Of a DNA stretch of 64,000 nt, positions 19,307 to 28,719 are shown in pieces. The translations under genes were made by a program, and so were the position numbers. Source of the stretch: an uncultured Chromatiales bacterium (GTDB taxonomy: Bacteria > Bacteroidota > Ignavibacteria > SZUA-365); contig CAYJMN010000003.1 in NCBI GenBank assembly GCA_964371045.1, positions 1,459 through 65,458 of the forward strand, given 5' to 3'. A model generated the notes under the pieces. The model did no database searches, was not told where the DNA came from, and was given only the letters and a program-made list of their open reading frames with translations. Numbering within the stretch: position 1 is the stretch's first letter; each line of letters starts with the position of its first letter.

Positions 19307-19801
19307 TGCTTCGATCTCCACGTCCTCATCCTCTATCGGTTCGTCACCAACTTCTTTGCAATAATCTTCTTCAGAGTGTGTCTCGGTTGTTACAACATCA
19401 ACAGGTATATCCGACCACATCCGCATCACGAGCCACAACCCAGCTTGTTCGACCTGTACGAGAAATTTAGCAAGACTGTTGATGACTGCGAGGTTGAGCT
19501 TTCTGAACTCCTCACTGTCCACGCCGCCTAGTTCCATGCACCGAGTGCCATATATGCAGACCATCGAGCGGAACTGCTCGATCATTTTGGCGTGAGTCGG
19601 CGAGATGGGCTGGTGTGTGGCGACATGGATAGTATCGGCGATGACGAGGTAGTTTAGCGTATCAACGCCGGTGGAGAGTTGGAAGAACGTATGCTCCACA
19701 TTTTCATTCAACTGGTTCATGGGTTCTGCTCCTGTCTCTGGTATCATAATACCTATTTGAGATTCATCCGCTTGTACAAACTCTCCAATGCAAGTCCGCA
19801 T
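19166..19801 (-). CDS. hypothetical protein
   Basis: 211-aa ORF in a lower-GC (about 48%) segment. Confidence 0.3.
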   Translation of the reverse strand: MRTCIGEFVQADESQIGIMIPETGAEPMNQLNENVEHTFFQLSTGVDTLNYLVIADTIHVATHQPISPTHAKMIEQFRSMVCIYGTRCMELGGVDSEEFRKLNLAVINSLAKFLVQVEQAGLWLVMRMWSDIPVDVVTTETHSEEDYCKEVGDEPIEDEDVEIEASGFDAVVGPAAKCIPFEFHALGNEAKFCRRGTGFATLAHAGISFLS

Positions 19802-20019
19802 CCACGAACCAATAATTCCACCATCTGCGACAGCAGAGAACGAAAGAATGAGGAAACTGCTCTAGAACGTATCCTATTTCTCGTCGCATCTAAATGAACC
19901 ATGGAGACGATATATTCGGGGTTACACAAATATACAATAATTTAATGACTTTTCCTAAACCGCTGTTGATCTCCTCGGTACAACAGTCCACTGGGATGGA
20001 TACCAATTCGAGGTTCTAC

Positions 20020-20721
20020 TTATGCACTCCCGATGTCGGTGGTCACTGTTACTGCACGTAACTCTGTCTTATGAAGATATGCATCAACTGTTCTTGGCAT
20101 TGTGGACAACATCTTAGAAAGTTCGTCCAAAGATGGCGGACGCTGATTAGTCGAATCCGTCACGTTTTCATGCTTCCTAGAAGAACTGAATCCGCCGAGC
20201 TGTTTCGAAAGGAATTTTCTTTTGAGCAGATCCATCATTCTGTCAAGCATTTTCACTGCGTGTAGGTCTCCTTCGTGCACTGCTCTCTTCCGCTCCGCAT
20301 CCAGATCTCCAATCATTGAATCAAGAGTCTCACGGTCGTCAGGAACATCCTCATTCTCAATGCTCAGCTCAGTGTCCAATGAGAATGTTTCGAGCAGCCT
20401 ACGAGGATCTCTAGGTGCATCATTCAGTTCTTCCTTGAGAACAGAATCTTTAGCCGTAATCTTATGGGGCATGACGATCACTGAGTCGAAACCAGTTCTC
20501 TCCGCAATTGGCGTAGGTGCGTCGCTGAGCTTGGATCCTCCGTGAACCGTCCCGATGTTCGGATAGTCAGCTAAAATCGTTTCCTGAGCCTCTGCGAGCG
20601 TCACCACTACGTTGTTACACTGATGTGGCATCTGTACCTCGGCATCTTCAAGCAGAGTGCTTTCATCGTCAGCGGATAGGCAGCGGTCTGAACCTTTATG
20701 CACGCCGTCGGGGCCATCCAT
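20020..20721 (-). CDS. hypothetical acidic protein
   Basis: 233-aa ORF in a low-GC (about 45%) segment. Confidence 0.4.
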   Translation of the reverse strand: MDGPDGVHKGSDRCLSADDESTLLEDAEVQMPHQCNNVVVTLAEAQETILADYPNIGTVHGGSKLSDAPTPIAERTGFDSVIVMPHKITAKDSVLKEELNDAPRDPRRLLETFSLDTELSIENEDVPDDRETLDSMIGDLDAERKRAVHEGDLHAVKMLDRMMDLLKRKFLSKQLGGFSSSRKHENVTDSTNQRPPSLDELSKMLSTMPRTVDAYLHKTELRAVTVTTDIGSA

Positions 20722-20846
20722 GGCTTCGTATCCAGAATCGGCTGCGAGCCGTACAAGGATTGAAACTGATCCAATAATACTCTTTCTACAAGTTCCGCAT
20801 GCTTCGGAATCGTGAGAATCGAATCATGGACGGTAAAGATCGGTAC

Positions 20847-22082
20847 CTATGGATGATGGTTCATGAGGAACACGCAGGCGTGATCGATCACCATCTTAGA
20901 CTCCATCCTTTGAAGCTTGATCGCCAGTTTGTTGTGTCCATTGATCTTTAGAGTCCGAATCATTTTATACACATGCGGGAACCTTGTCATGAAGATTCTT
21001 TCATTCTCAGATTTCCAGCGGTTCTTGCCGAACAGGATCGGCATGAACTCCGCCTTCGCGGTATCTCGGTCAGTGTTCCAGAGATTGGCAAGGCCTTCGT
21101 AGAAGACACCAGCGTGATTCAGTTCGATGTACAACACAATGTTCTCAGCGACATTCAGCCAGCGTTCTCCGGTACATACATCGGGGCAGAGTCCTTTCTC
21201 CGTGGAGTCCACTGCTGTACAAGTGAGCGGCTCAGACAGAGGAGAACCACAGGTGTCAGTAGACATGTCTTCCGCATGAGGTAATTCACTGGTACATATG
21301 AAGGGTTTTTCTGCGTGTTCATATTCGCTGGTACATATGAAGGCTTCTTCTACGAGAACAATTTCACTGGTACATATGAAGGGTTTCTCTGCGTGTTCAT
21401 CTTCGCTGGTACATATGAAGGGATCTTCATCGTGTTGCAATTCACTGGTACATATGAAGGGATCTTCGTGTTGACGCTGAGCTATCTGAAATTCTGTTCT
21501 TGTGCTTTCATTTTTGCAATTTACTGGTACATATGTGAAGGGTATGACACAGGGGACATCAATCTTTGTGTTCTTAATATCTTTAAGAGATATATTTTCA
21601 TTAGATATAACTTCCTTAATGCTAATCTGTTTCTCTGATCTTTCAATTCTTGTTTTAATACTTCTATCACTAATATCATTGTTGTTTGATAAGAGGAACG
21701 CCTTCTTTGATGTTATAGGGGTTTCAACACCACGTTTGATCACCAAAGAAAGGAAATATGGTTGAGAATTTTTAATGTCAACTGCGACAAGATTCTCACC
21801 TGCGAAGGAAACGAATGACCGCATCACTCTTGCGGTTCGGGTAATGGAGGAATGGAATCTGAATGATGTCGCATCACGTCTGCCACCGTTGTGGTTCGAG
21901 TAGGCAGTCTGAATCAGAATCCAGCAATTCTTTCGATGGACATCCATCCTTTCTGCGGCCTCCTTTGACTTCGCTGTATCCAGAATGAGCCGTTCATCGG
22001 CAAGCCACCTGTTGAGGTACCGAGTGACTTCATCCTGTGGTTTCTCATCATAGATCACTTTTTTCTTAATGAATTTGACCAC
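20847..22082 (-). CDS. hypothetical replicon-like protein with 13-aa tandem repeats (..PFICTSE..)
   Basis: 411-aa ORF (GTG start at 22082 or a later ATG). Contains six perfectly conserved 16-19-bp DNA repeats at 39-bp spacing next to an AT-rich tract. GC about 42%. Confidence 0.5.
   Translation of the reverse strand: MVKFIKKKVIYDEKPQDEVTRYLNRWLADERLILDTAKSKEAAERMDVHRKNCWILIQTAYSNHNGGRRDATSFRFHSSITRTARVMRSFVSFAGENLVAVDIKNSQPYFLSLVIKRGVETPITSKKAFLLSNNNDISDRSIKTRIERSEKQISIKEVISNENISLKDIKNTKIDVPCVIPFTYVPVNCKNESTRTEFQIAQRQHEDPFICTSELQHDEDPFICTSEDEHAEKPFICTSEIVLVEEAFICTSEYEHAEKPFICTSELPHAEDMSTDTCGSPLSEPLTCTAVDSTEKGLCPDVCTGERWLNVAENIVLYIELNHAGVFYEGLANLWNTDRDTAKAEFMPILFGKNRWKSENERIFMTRFPHVYKMIRTLKINGHNKLAIKLQRMESKMVIDHACVFLMNHHP
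21287..21543. repeat. iteron-like array: 6 copies of cactggtacatatgaaggg
   Basis: Cores at 21289, 21328, 21367, 21406 and 21445 with exact 39-bp period, plus a variant at 21524. Spacers are diverged while cores are 100% identical, including synonymous positions. Followed by a roughly 25%-GC tract at 21545-21720. Confidence 0.6.
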
Positions 22083-22109
22083 GATGGGATCGTTCTGGAA
22101 GCGTGGATA

Positions 22110-22240
22110 ATAAAGCCTATTCTCGCATGAAGTCGTCTAAGATAGTGATAATAAAGGAGTTAGCTCAAAATCACCAAAAAAAACAAATCTGCGATTTTGG
22201 CTCATTTTCGCCACTTTTTCACCGATGAAAATACATCTTA
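22110..22240. repeat. 131-bp direct repeat R1, left copy
   Basis: ataaagcctattctcgcatgaagtcgtctaagatagtgataataaaggagttagctcaaaatcaccaaaaaaaacaaatctgcgattttggctcattttcgccactttttcaccgatgaaaatacatctta. About 96% identical to 24172-24302. A 28-bp motif tttaaccac..tttttaaccagttcg also recurs at 22313-22341 and 24123-24162. Confidence 0.85.
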
Positions 22241-22626
22241 CCTCGTCACTTTTAAGCCAAAAATTGGCGTTTTTGATACTGTTTACGCCGTTTTTCAGCC
22301 GACATAAAAAACGATTTAACCACCTTTTTAACCAGTTCGGAGCGTGAAACTGTTCGAGAAGAAGCAAGCATCCGTCAGTTAAATCGGTGAACCCTCTCAG
22401 TATGACAATTCAGGTTCCGAGCGAGGGCGGGCCCGTCCACACTCCGCCATCAGGAGACCAGCCAGGCGGGACTCCATGCCACTACGGAACGCATGGGCGT
22501 GATCGAGATGGATGTTGGGACGGTTTGTTTTTGGGATAAACCGCTCGTATGATTGAATGTTATTCCAAGGTAGATTCTCTTTGATTCTACACATCAAACA
22601 GAGCACCAACATTACGAGACCAATTC

Positions 22627-23922
22627 TTGATACCACAGTTAGTCCGAACGGGATATCTTTTCCTGATGCTGTTTCTCACTTCGCAACTGTGCCGAGCACA
22701 ATCCGAAGCATTCAGTGATCAACGTGAATCACTACGGCACTCGTTTGTTATAAATTCTGGTTGGGCACGGCAACAAAGCGGGACCTCATTCACATGTTTC
22801 GGGATTTCATTCAGAGATAAAACAAATGGTTTTGTCGTATGCCGGGAGGCGTTGATTCTCGGCACAACAGATGGCGGCGATACATGGGTTGATCGATCCA
22901 ACTGGAAGGTACCCAATCGGGAGCTAAAGGCAGTCACCTTTGTAAATTCAAATCGAGCTTTTGCCTGTGGCGGAGGGAGTAGCATTTACAGAACAACCGA
23001 TGGCGGTGCAAATTGGACGAGTCAAGGATTCTGGCCAATGTACGGCTTCACAGCGATCTCATTCTGCGATACTTTACATGGCTGTGCGGTAGGGTGGGGT
23101 GGGACTATTCTTCGCACGACTGATGGGGGAGATCACTGGGTACAACAGACGAGCGGAACGACAGAATGGCTATTGGATGTTGACCTCCAGAGTCCGGAAA
23201 TTTGCACCGTCGTCCTGCAGTACGGTGTTCTCCGCACTACCGACGGTGGCAACACCTGGGTTATGAATCGAGATGTAGGTGGAAACGGTATCTCATTTAC
23301 AGATAATCTCGTCGGAACCATCATTGGAGGGTACGGCATGATTTTCCGGACAACCGACGGGGGAAATACTTGGACGCAACAGGCAAGTGGGACGACCATT
23401 CATCTCCAGGCAGTTTCTTTCTCAGACTCGTCTAATGGAACGGTTGTCGGTCCAGATGGGCTTATACTGAGAACCACAGATGGCGGAGATCACTGGACTA
23501 CGCAATCAAGTGGAACCATTGCATGGCTCTTTGATGTACAGATGATCGATGCGAATACCGTGACAGTAGTCGGGGACACAGGTATCATCCTCCGCACCAC
23601 CACCGGCGGTGTGACCTGGGTCGAGGAGCCGAAAAGTGCCCCTTCCCTTTTCCACCTCGGACAGAACTATCCCAATCCAGTCGCCGCGAGCACCAACATA
23701 CCCTTCTCCATCACGAAGCAAGAGCATGTGACGCTCAGCGTACACGACATACTTGGGAGACAGGTTGCTGTGCTGGTGGACGAGGAGCGTGAGATGGGAT
23801 CGCATGCAGTCCCCTTCGATGCGACTGGGCTTGCTTCGGGGATGTACTTCTATGTGCTTCGAACCGGGAGTGCTATTGAGACGATGAAGATGGTGCTGGT
23901 GAATCCAGCGGCTGGATTCTGA
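22627..23922 (+). CDS. BNR/Ycf48-like repeat protein with T9SS C-terminal sorting domain
   Basis: TTG start at 22627 (tool M). Signal peptide LFLMLFLTSQLCRAQS. Repeats of ILRTTDGGxxW. The last roughly 100 aa are nearly identical to the CTD of 12767-14917. Confidence 0.8.
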   Translation: MIPQLVRTGYLFLMLFLTSQLCRAQSEAFSDQRESLRHSFVINSGWARQQSGTSFTCFGISFRDKTNGFVVCREALILGTTDGGDTWVDRSNWKVPNRELKAVTFVNSNRAFACGGGSSIYRTTDGGANWTSQGFWPMYGFTAISFCDTLHGCAVGWGGTILRTTDGGDHWVQQTSGTTEWLLDVDLQSPEICTVVLQYGVLRTTDGGNTWVMNRDVGGNGISFTDNLVGTIIGGYGMIFRTTDGGNTWTQQASGTTIHLQAVSFSDSSNGTVVGPDGLILRTTDGGDHWTTQSSGTIAWLFDVQMIDANTVTVVGDTGIILRTTTGGVTWVEEPKSAPSLFHLGQNYPNPVAASTNIPFSITKQEHVTLSVHDILGRQVAVLVDEEREMGSHAVPFDATGLASGMYFYVLRTGSAIETMKMVLVNPAAGF

Positions 23923-24171
23923 TCGGACAATTGGGCTGACAGGCAGTCAATCACGTCAGAGTAGTGGAGAACCTCATATTTCCGAAACAATCGCAACATG
24001 TGAGTTGCCTTCTACGCCGCATCCCGTCGGGTTTTGAAATCGTTGTTATTCAGGATAAGTCAGCAATCGGTGAGCGGATAGCGATGGAAATATTCCATAG
24101 GTGTAAATACAAAGCGGGTAAAAATTTAACCACTTTTTACCCGCTTTTTAACCAGTTCGAAATGTCGCTGA

Positions 24172-24302
24172 ATAAAGCCTATTCTCGCATGAAGTCGTCT
24201 AAGATACTGATAATAAAGGAGTTAGCTCAAAATCTCCAAAAAAAGCAAATCTGCGATTTTGGCTCATTTTCGCCACTTTTTCACCTGTGAAAATACATCT
24301 TA
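24172..24302. repeat. 131-bp direct repeat R1, right copy (overlaps the glnA 3' end)
   Basis: Matches 22110-22240. The last 8 codons of glnA (EYKMYFHR*) lie inside this repeat. Confidence 0.85.
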
Positions 24303-25651
24303 TATTCGAACGGGTGCGGCATGGTGGCGATGGCGTGGACTTCCTCGCGTTTGGTCTTGACCCACTGGGCGATGAGGGATTCGGGGAAGACGCCGCCGCG
24401 AAGCAGGAATTCGTGATCGATCTCCAGTGAATCCAGCGCTTCCTCGAGGTTGCGCGGGAGATAGTTCAAGCCAACTTTATCGAACACGTTGGTGTCGATG
24501 GGACCGAAGCCTTCGGTGCGCGGATCGATCTTGTTCACGATGCCGTCGATGCCGGCCATCAGCATGGCGGCGAGCATGAGGTAAGGATTGGCGGTGGCAT
24601 CGGGCGGACGGTACTCGAGACGCGTCTCCATCGGATCGTACACGTAACGCGGTATGCGCACGCAACTCGAACGGTTGGCCTGGCTGAAGGTCAGCGCTAC
24701 GGGAGCTTCGAAGCCGGGGACGAGCCGCTTGTATGAATTCGTCGAAGGATTGGTGAACGCGGCCAGCGCGGCGGCATGCTTGAGCAATCCGCCGATGTAA
24801 TACAATCCGGTTTCGTTGAAATTCGCGTATTCGCCTTCCTTGTAAAAGACATTCTCGCCGTTTTTCGTCAGAAACTGATGGACGTGCAATCCGCTGCCGG
24901 CCTGCTGGTACATCGGCTTCGGCATGAACGTCACTTCCAGCCCCTGCTCGGCTGCCTGACTGAAAAGGATGTACTTCGCGAGCATGATGTTGTCCGCGGT
25001 TTTCAACAGGGGCTCGAACAGAAACTCGATCTCCTGCTGTCCGCGCTCGCCCACTTCGTGATGATGATATTTCACAGGTATGCACGCCTGCTCGAGCAGA
25101 CGGCAGGACTCGTCGCGGTAATCGTCATACAGATCGAAGGGACTGCATGCGTGATACGCGTTCTGGAAAAACTCCTCCTCGTGACTGACCTTGTAATACG
25201 AGGAAGAGGTCCGCGTATCGAATTCGACGCTTGAGAAAATGTAGTACTCGAGTTCCGGTCCCCAGTGCGTGGTGTCGGCGATGCCGAGCGATTGCAGAAG
25301 CTCCTCGGCCTGCCTGGCCACCCAGCGGACATCCTGCGAAAAACGCGAGCGATTCGCGTCCGTGAGATACACGTTGGTGAAACAGGTCATCGTGGGGCGG
25401 TCGCGGAACAGATCGATCTGCGCGGTGGCGAGATCGGGTTTCTGCACCATGTCGCTGCTCTCCACTTTCACGAAGCCGAAACTGGAGCCGTCGAAGCCGA
25501 CACCCTGTTCGAGCAGGCGGTCGAGCGTATTGTCGCGTACCGGAAGGGTGATGTGATGCAGCCTTCCTACAAGGTCGATGGTCTTGAGGTCGATAAATTC
25601 GATGTGGTGATCCCTGATCAACTGCTGGACGCGTTCGAGGTCAGCGGTCAT
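24281..25651 (-). CDS. glnA: glutamine synthetase, type I
   Basis: ATG at 25651. Motifs GFDGSSFGF, KPMYQQAGSGLHVHQ, NSYKRLVPGFEAPVALTFSQANRSSCVRIP and the C-terminal HPFEYKMYF. Confidence 0.9.
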   Translation of the reverse strand: MTADLERVQQLIRDHHIEFIDLKTIDLVGRLHHITLPVRDNTLDRLLEQGVGFDGSSFGFVKVESSDMVQKPDLATAQIDLFRDRPTMTCFTNVYLTDANRSRFSQDVRWVARQAEELLQSLGIADTTHWGPELEYYIFSSVEFDTRTSSSYYKVSHEEEFFQNAYHACSPFDLYDDYRDESCRLLEQACIPVKYHHHEVGERGQQEIEFLFEPLLKTADNIMLAKYILFSQAAEQGLEVTFMPKPMYQQAGSGLHVHQFLTKNGENVFYKEGEYANFNETGLYYIGGLLKHAAALAAFTNPSTNSYKRLVPGFEAPVALTFSQANRSSCVRIPRYVYDPMETRLEYRPPDATANPYLMLAAMLMAGIDGIVNKIDPRTEGFGPIDTNVFDKVGLNYLPRNLEEALDSLEIDHEFLLRGGVFPESLIAQWVKTKREEVHAIATMPHPFEYKMYFHR

Positions 25652-25896
25652 ACGTGCTCCTGGCAAGGTTACGAGGCGATGTCTACCCTTCGGTCGAAGG
25701 CACCCAAGGGACATTAAGCTACGAAACAACGGAACAAAACTCAATGCCCAAATTTGCGACATAGGAGAATCCCTCTCAAATCGCAAGGAAGGTCTTTGTT
25801 ATTCCCCTTGCGTGTTATATCTTTCATCAAACTCCATCAGAAACCGCACAACGTATCGCGGCTCTCCCGAGTCCCTCATCATCAGAAGCGTCCCAC

Positions 25897-26241
25897 ATGA
25901 CCGCCTCACCCGTCAGGCCTTTTCTCGCCGTCCTTGCATGGAGCATCGGTCTGCTCAGTGCACTGATCGGTATCGTATTTCTGCTCTCCGGATTGCAGGC
26001 GTACTTCGGAACGGATCTTACGGAGGCCTCGCCCTTCGCGCAGCTGCTGTTGGCGGTGGGTTTCCTTGGTCTGCCGATGGGCCTGCTGCTGCTCCATCGT
26101 GCACGGAACAGTTTTCTGCGCGGGTTCGAAAAGTACAGCCTGCCCGATCCGCCGGTTCGCTCCATGACGATGAGCGTCGCGGGCGCTGCCTGCGTCATCG
26201 CCGCGGTCACCGCCTTTATCATCGCCAACGTCCTGTTTTAA
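25897..26241 (+). CDS. hypothetical membrane protein
   Basis: 114 aa with 3-4 predicted hydrophobic helices, between glnA and lipA. Confidence 0.45.
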   Translation: MTASPVRPFLAVLAWSIGLLSALIGIVFLLSGLQAYFGTDLTEASPFAQLLLAVGFLGLPMGLLLLHRARNSFLRGFEKYSLPDPPVRSMTMSVAGAACVIAAVTAFIIANVLF

Positions 26242-26433
26242 GCCCGGTGCGGCAGCCTCCAGCGCACCGGAGGTTCCGCGACAATCCACCGTAACCTCGC
26301 ACTTCTCTTCTCCTCATCGATAGCAACGTCTTGCCGCGTACGGACCTGTCTGTATCGAGCTACGTTGTGCATGTCGTTCCGGCTTGCCGGTCTCGTCCGC
26401 CCGCCGTAATTTGATGGATTGATACAGTTTTGA

Positions 26434-27324
26434 ATGGATCCCCGCATGAGTTCAATAAAAATTTCCAACCCCGACGGCGTGACCGAACGCGTCCGACGCC
26501 CGGATTGGCTGAAGGTGAAAGTTCCGCTTGGAACAAAGTTTTCCGAGATTCGCCGCCTCGTTGACGAGCAGAGGCTGAACACCGTATGCGAAGACGCACG
26601 TTGCCCAAACATGGCGGAGTGTTGGAACCGCGGGACGGCGACATTCATGATTCTCGGCGACGTATGCACCCGCTCCTGCGGTTTCTGTTCGGTGAAAACC
26701 GGGCGTCCGCTCGATCTGGATCTGGACGAGCCGCGGCGCGTGGCCGATGCCGTGGTCAGCATGCGCTTGCGCCACACGGTCATCACATCCGTCAACCGCG
26801 ACGAATTGCCCGACGGAGGGGCTGGCATATTCGCGGCGACAATCCGTGCGATACGCGATCGCGTTCCCTCGTGCAGTATCGAAGTGCTGACGCCGGATTT
26901 CCAGGGAATCACCTCCGCGATCCAAACGGTGATTGATGCGCGTCCCGATATTTTCAATCATAACACTGAGACGGTCCCGCGATTGTACCGGCGCGTGCGT
27001 CCGCAGGCGAAGTATCAACGCTCGCTCGACCTGTTGAATATGTGCAAGGAGCAGGGATTGCGGACCAAGACAGGCATCATGCTCGGACTCGGGGAACAGG
27101 AAGATGAACTTGTGCGGGTAATGGAAGATTTACGCGGGATCGGCGTCGACATATTGACGCTGGGCCAATACCTTCAACCGACGAAAGCGCATCTGCCGGT
27201 GGAGCGCTACGTGACGCCGGAAGAATTCGTGAACTGGAAAAGGGTCGGCCTGGAACTTGGTTTCGCCCACGTCGAATCCGGGCCACTGGTGCGTTCGAGC
27301 TACCATGCGGATGAGCAAGCTTGA
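26434..27324 (+). CDS. lipA: lipoyl synthase
   Basis: [41 protein letters not shown] (two Cys clusters), [16 protein letters not shown] and SSYHAD. An alternative ATG is at 26446. Confidence 0.92.
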   Translation: MDPRMSSIKISNPDGVTERVRRPDWLKVKVPLGTKFSEIRRLVDEQRLNTVCEDARCPNMAECWNRGTATFMILGDVCTRSCGFCSVKTGRPLDLDLDEPRRVADAVVSMRLRHTVITSVNRDELPDGGAGIFAATIRAIRDRVPSCSIEVLTPDFQGITSAIQTVIDARPDIFNHNTETVPRLYRRVRPQAKYQRSLDLLNMCKEQGLRTKTGIMLGLGEQEDELVRVMEDLRGIGVDILTLGQYLQPTKAHLPVERYVTPEEFVNWKRVGLELGFAHVESGPLVRSSYHADEQA

Positions 27325-27340
27325 ACGAGTGGCGAGTGAC

Positions 27341-27580
27341 GATTTACGATTGACGATTTACGATTGACGATTTACGATCTACGATTGACGAGTGACGATT
27401 TACGAGTTACGACTTGGATGCTATGGATGGTTGGAGCAGCGAATGGGTGACACAGTAGGCACGACATGCACCATCACCAGACCTCGTCAATCGTAAATCG
27501 CACCAAATCGTACATCGTAAATCGTAAATCGTAGATCGTAGATCGTAAATCGTAAATCGTAGATCGTACACCGTAAATCG
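27341..27580. repeat. inverted arrays of a tacgatt heptamer (long imperfect hairpin or cruciform)
   Basis: Left arm 27341-27410 is (gacgatttacgatt)n. Right arm 27488-27580 is (aatcgtaaatcgta)n, its reverse complement. A roughly 75-nt unique loop lies between them. Confidence 0.8.
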
Positions 27581-27608
27581 AAAAAGGATTCCTCGCGGAA
27601 TCCTTTTT
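27581..27608. terminator. bidirectional rho-independent terminator
   Basis: aaaaaggattcctcgcggaatccttttt: a 7-bp stem with an A-run before and a T-run after. Lies between convergent lipA and secG. Confidence 0.7.
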
Positions 27609-27632
27609 ATTTACTTATCCAAGCCTTTGGAT

Positions 27633-28103
27633 CTACTTGCCGGGGGCATTGTCCGAGGGGGGAGTTTGCGCAGGCGTATTCCGTCCGGGGGCCTGCTGTC
27701 CGGGGGTTTGTCCTGCCGGGGTTTGTCCTGCAGGGGTTTGTCCTGCAGGGGTTTGTCCTGCCGGGGTTTGGGTCGGCTGTTGGGTTTGCATCTGCTGCGA
27801 CTTCTGCACGGGCGTCATAGGTTGATCAGCCGATCCACGCTGAATGATGCTCTCTTCCGTACCCTGGGTAGGGAGGAAGAACATATTGAGCATGAAAATC
27901 AGCACGGTCATGCCGATCGCAAGTCCCCACGTTGTTTTCGCGAGAATATCCGATGCATGTCGGACACCGAGCATGCTGCCGAAACCGCCGCCTGCGCCAC
28001 CAAATGCACTGGAAAGACCGCCGCCCTTGGGATTCTGCATCAGAATCGCGATGGTCATGAAGATTCCAGCGAGTATTATCAGCAGCATCAAAATCGTGTA
28101 CAT
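27633..28103 (-). CDS. secG: preprotein translocase subunit SecG with a Q/P-rich C-terminal extension
   Basis: ATG at 28103. MYTILMLLIILAGIFMTIAILMQNPKGGGLSSAFGGAGGGFGSMLG is canonical SecG. The C-terminal half contains QTPAGQTPAGQTPAGQTPAGQTPG repeats. Confidence 0.85.
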   Translation of the reverse strand: MYTILMLLIILAGIFMTIAILMQNPKGGGLSSAFGGAGGGFGSMLGVRHASDILAKTTWGLAIGMTVLIFMLNMFFLPTQGTEESIIQRGSADQPMTPVQKSQQMQTQQPTQTPAGQTPAGQTPAGQTPAGQTPGQQAPGRNTPAQTPPSDNAPGK

Positions 28104-28425
28104 AATTTTCAAATCTCCAGATTCATTATGAAAAATAAATATACGCTTTGTACGGGAGAAAGGCAACGGGCTTTTTTTGGAGATGTATTTGCGATTTACG
28201 ATTTGTAGGATGTAGTAGAGACGTTGCGGATGGGCGTCTTTGTAGAGACGTTGCATCGCACAATGTATTTCAAAATGTCAAAACGTTGGTGCAACGGCTC
28301 TACGGGCAACGTCTCTCTACTCGCCGCGGCGAGATGACGACGTTGGATAGACCAATCGAAGACATGAGCACCAATGTCATTCGCAGGAGCCGCACGAAAT
28401 GATTGTGCGAGAGGTCGTATCCGTT

Positions 28426-28461
28426 CCATGTAGAGACGTTGCATGCAACGTCTCTACATGG
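28426..28461. promoter_or_regulatory. perfect 36-bp palindrome containing the gtagagacgttgc repeat
   Basis: ccatgtagagacgttgcatgcaacgtctctacatgg. The half-site recurs at 28215-28227 and 28242-28254, and inverted at 28308-28320. Confidence 0.6.
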
Positions 28462-28498
28462 AACTTCAAAAAAAATTTAAACAGATTTTGTTTTTTTC

Positions 28499-28527
28499 TT
28501 GACATGCGGTGATGCGATGGCTATATT
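28499..28527 (+). promoter_or_regulatory. sigma70-consensus-like promoter (TTGACA-17-TATATT)
   Basis: ttgaca at 28499-28504, a 17-bp spacer, tatatt at 28522-28527. About 190 nt upstream of the ATG at 28720. Confidence 0.45.
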
Positions 28528-28719
28528 GCCGTACAACATCGCTCACAATACGTTCGCACCCGCTGAACAGATGGTCCGCATGTACAATGCGTGATTATCC
28601 GGTATCATCTTGCCGTTCGAAGAAACTTCGGCTTGTAGAATTCCCTTTTACTTCCGGGTGCCCATGTGGGCAAGGCCCGAACCATCCATCACTCTTTACA
28701 TATTTCTCCAGGAGGATTC

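Noticed and set aside
21287-21543. Simple interpretation as only a protein-level 13-aa repeat
   Set aside because: Not fully rejected. Perfect identity of the 19-nt core at all synonymous sites, against diverged spacers and an adjacent AT-rich tract, made a DNA-level (iteron-like) role worth reporting as a finding.
22137-22367. 76-aa ORF within repeat R1
   Set aside because: Lies entirely within the 131-bp direct repeat and adjacent motif. The second repeat copy does not preserve the reading frame.
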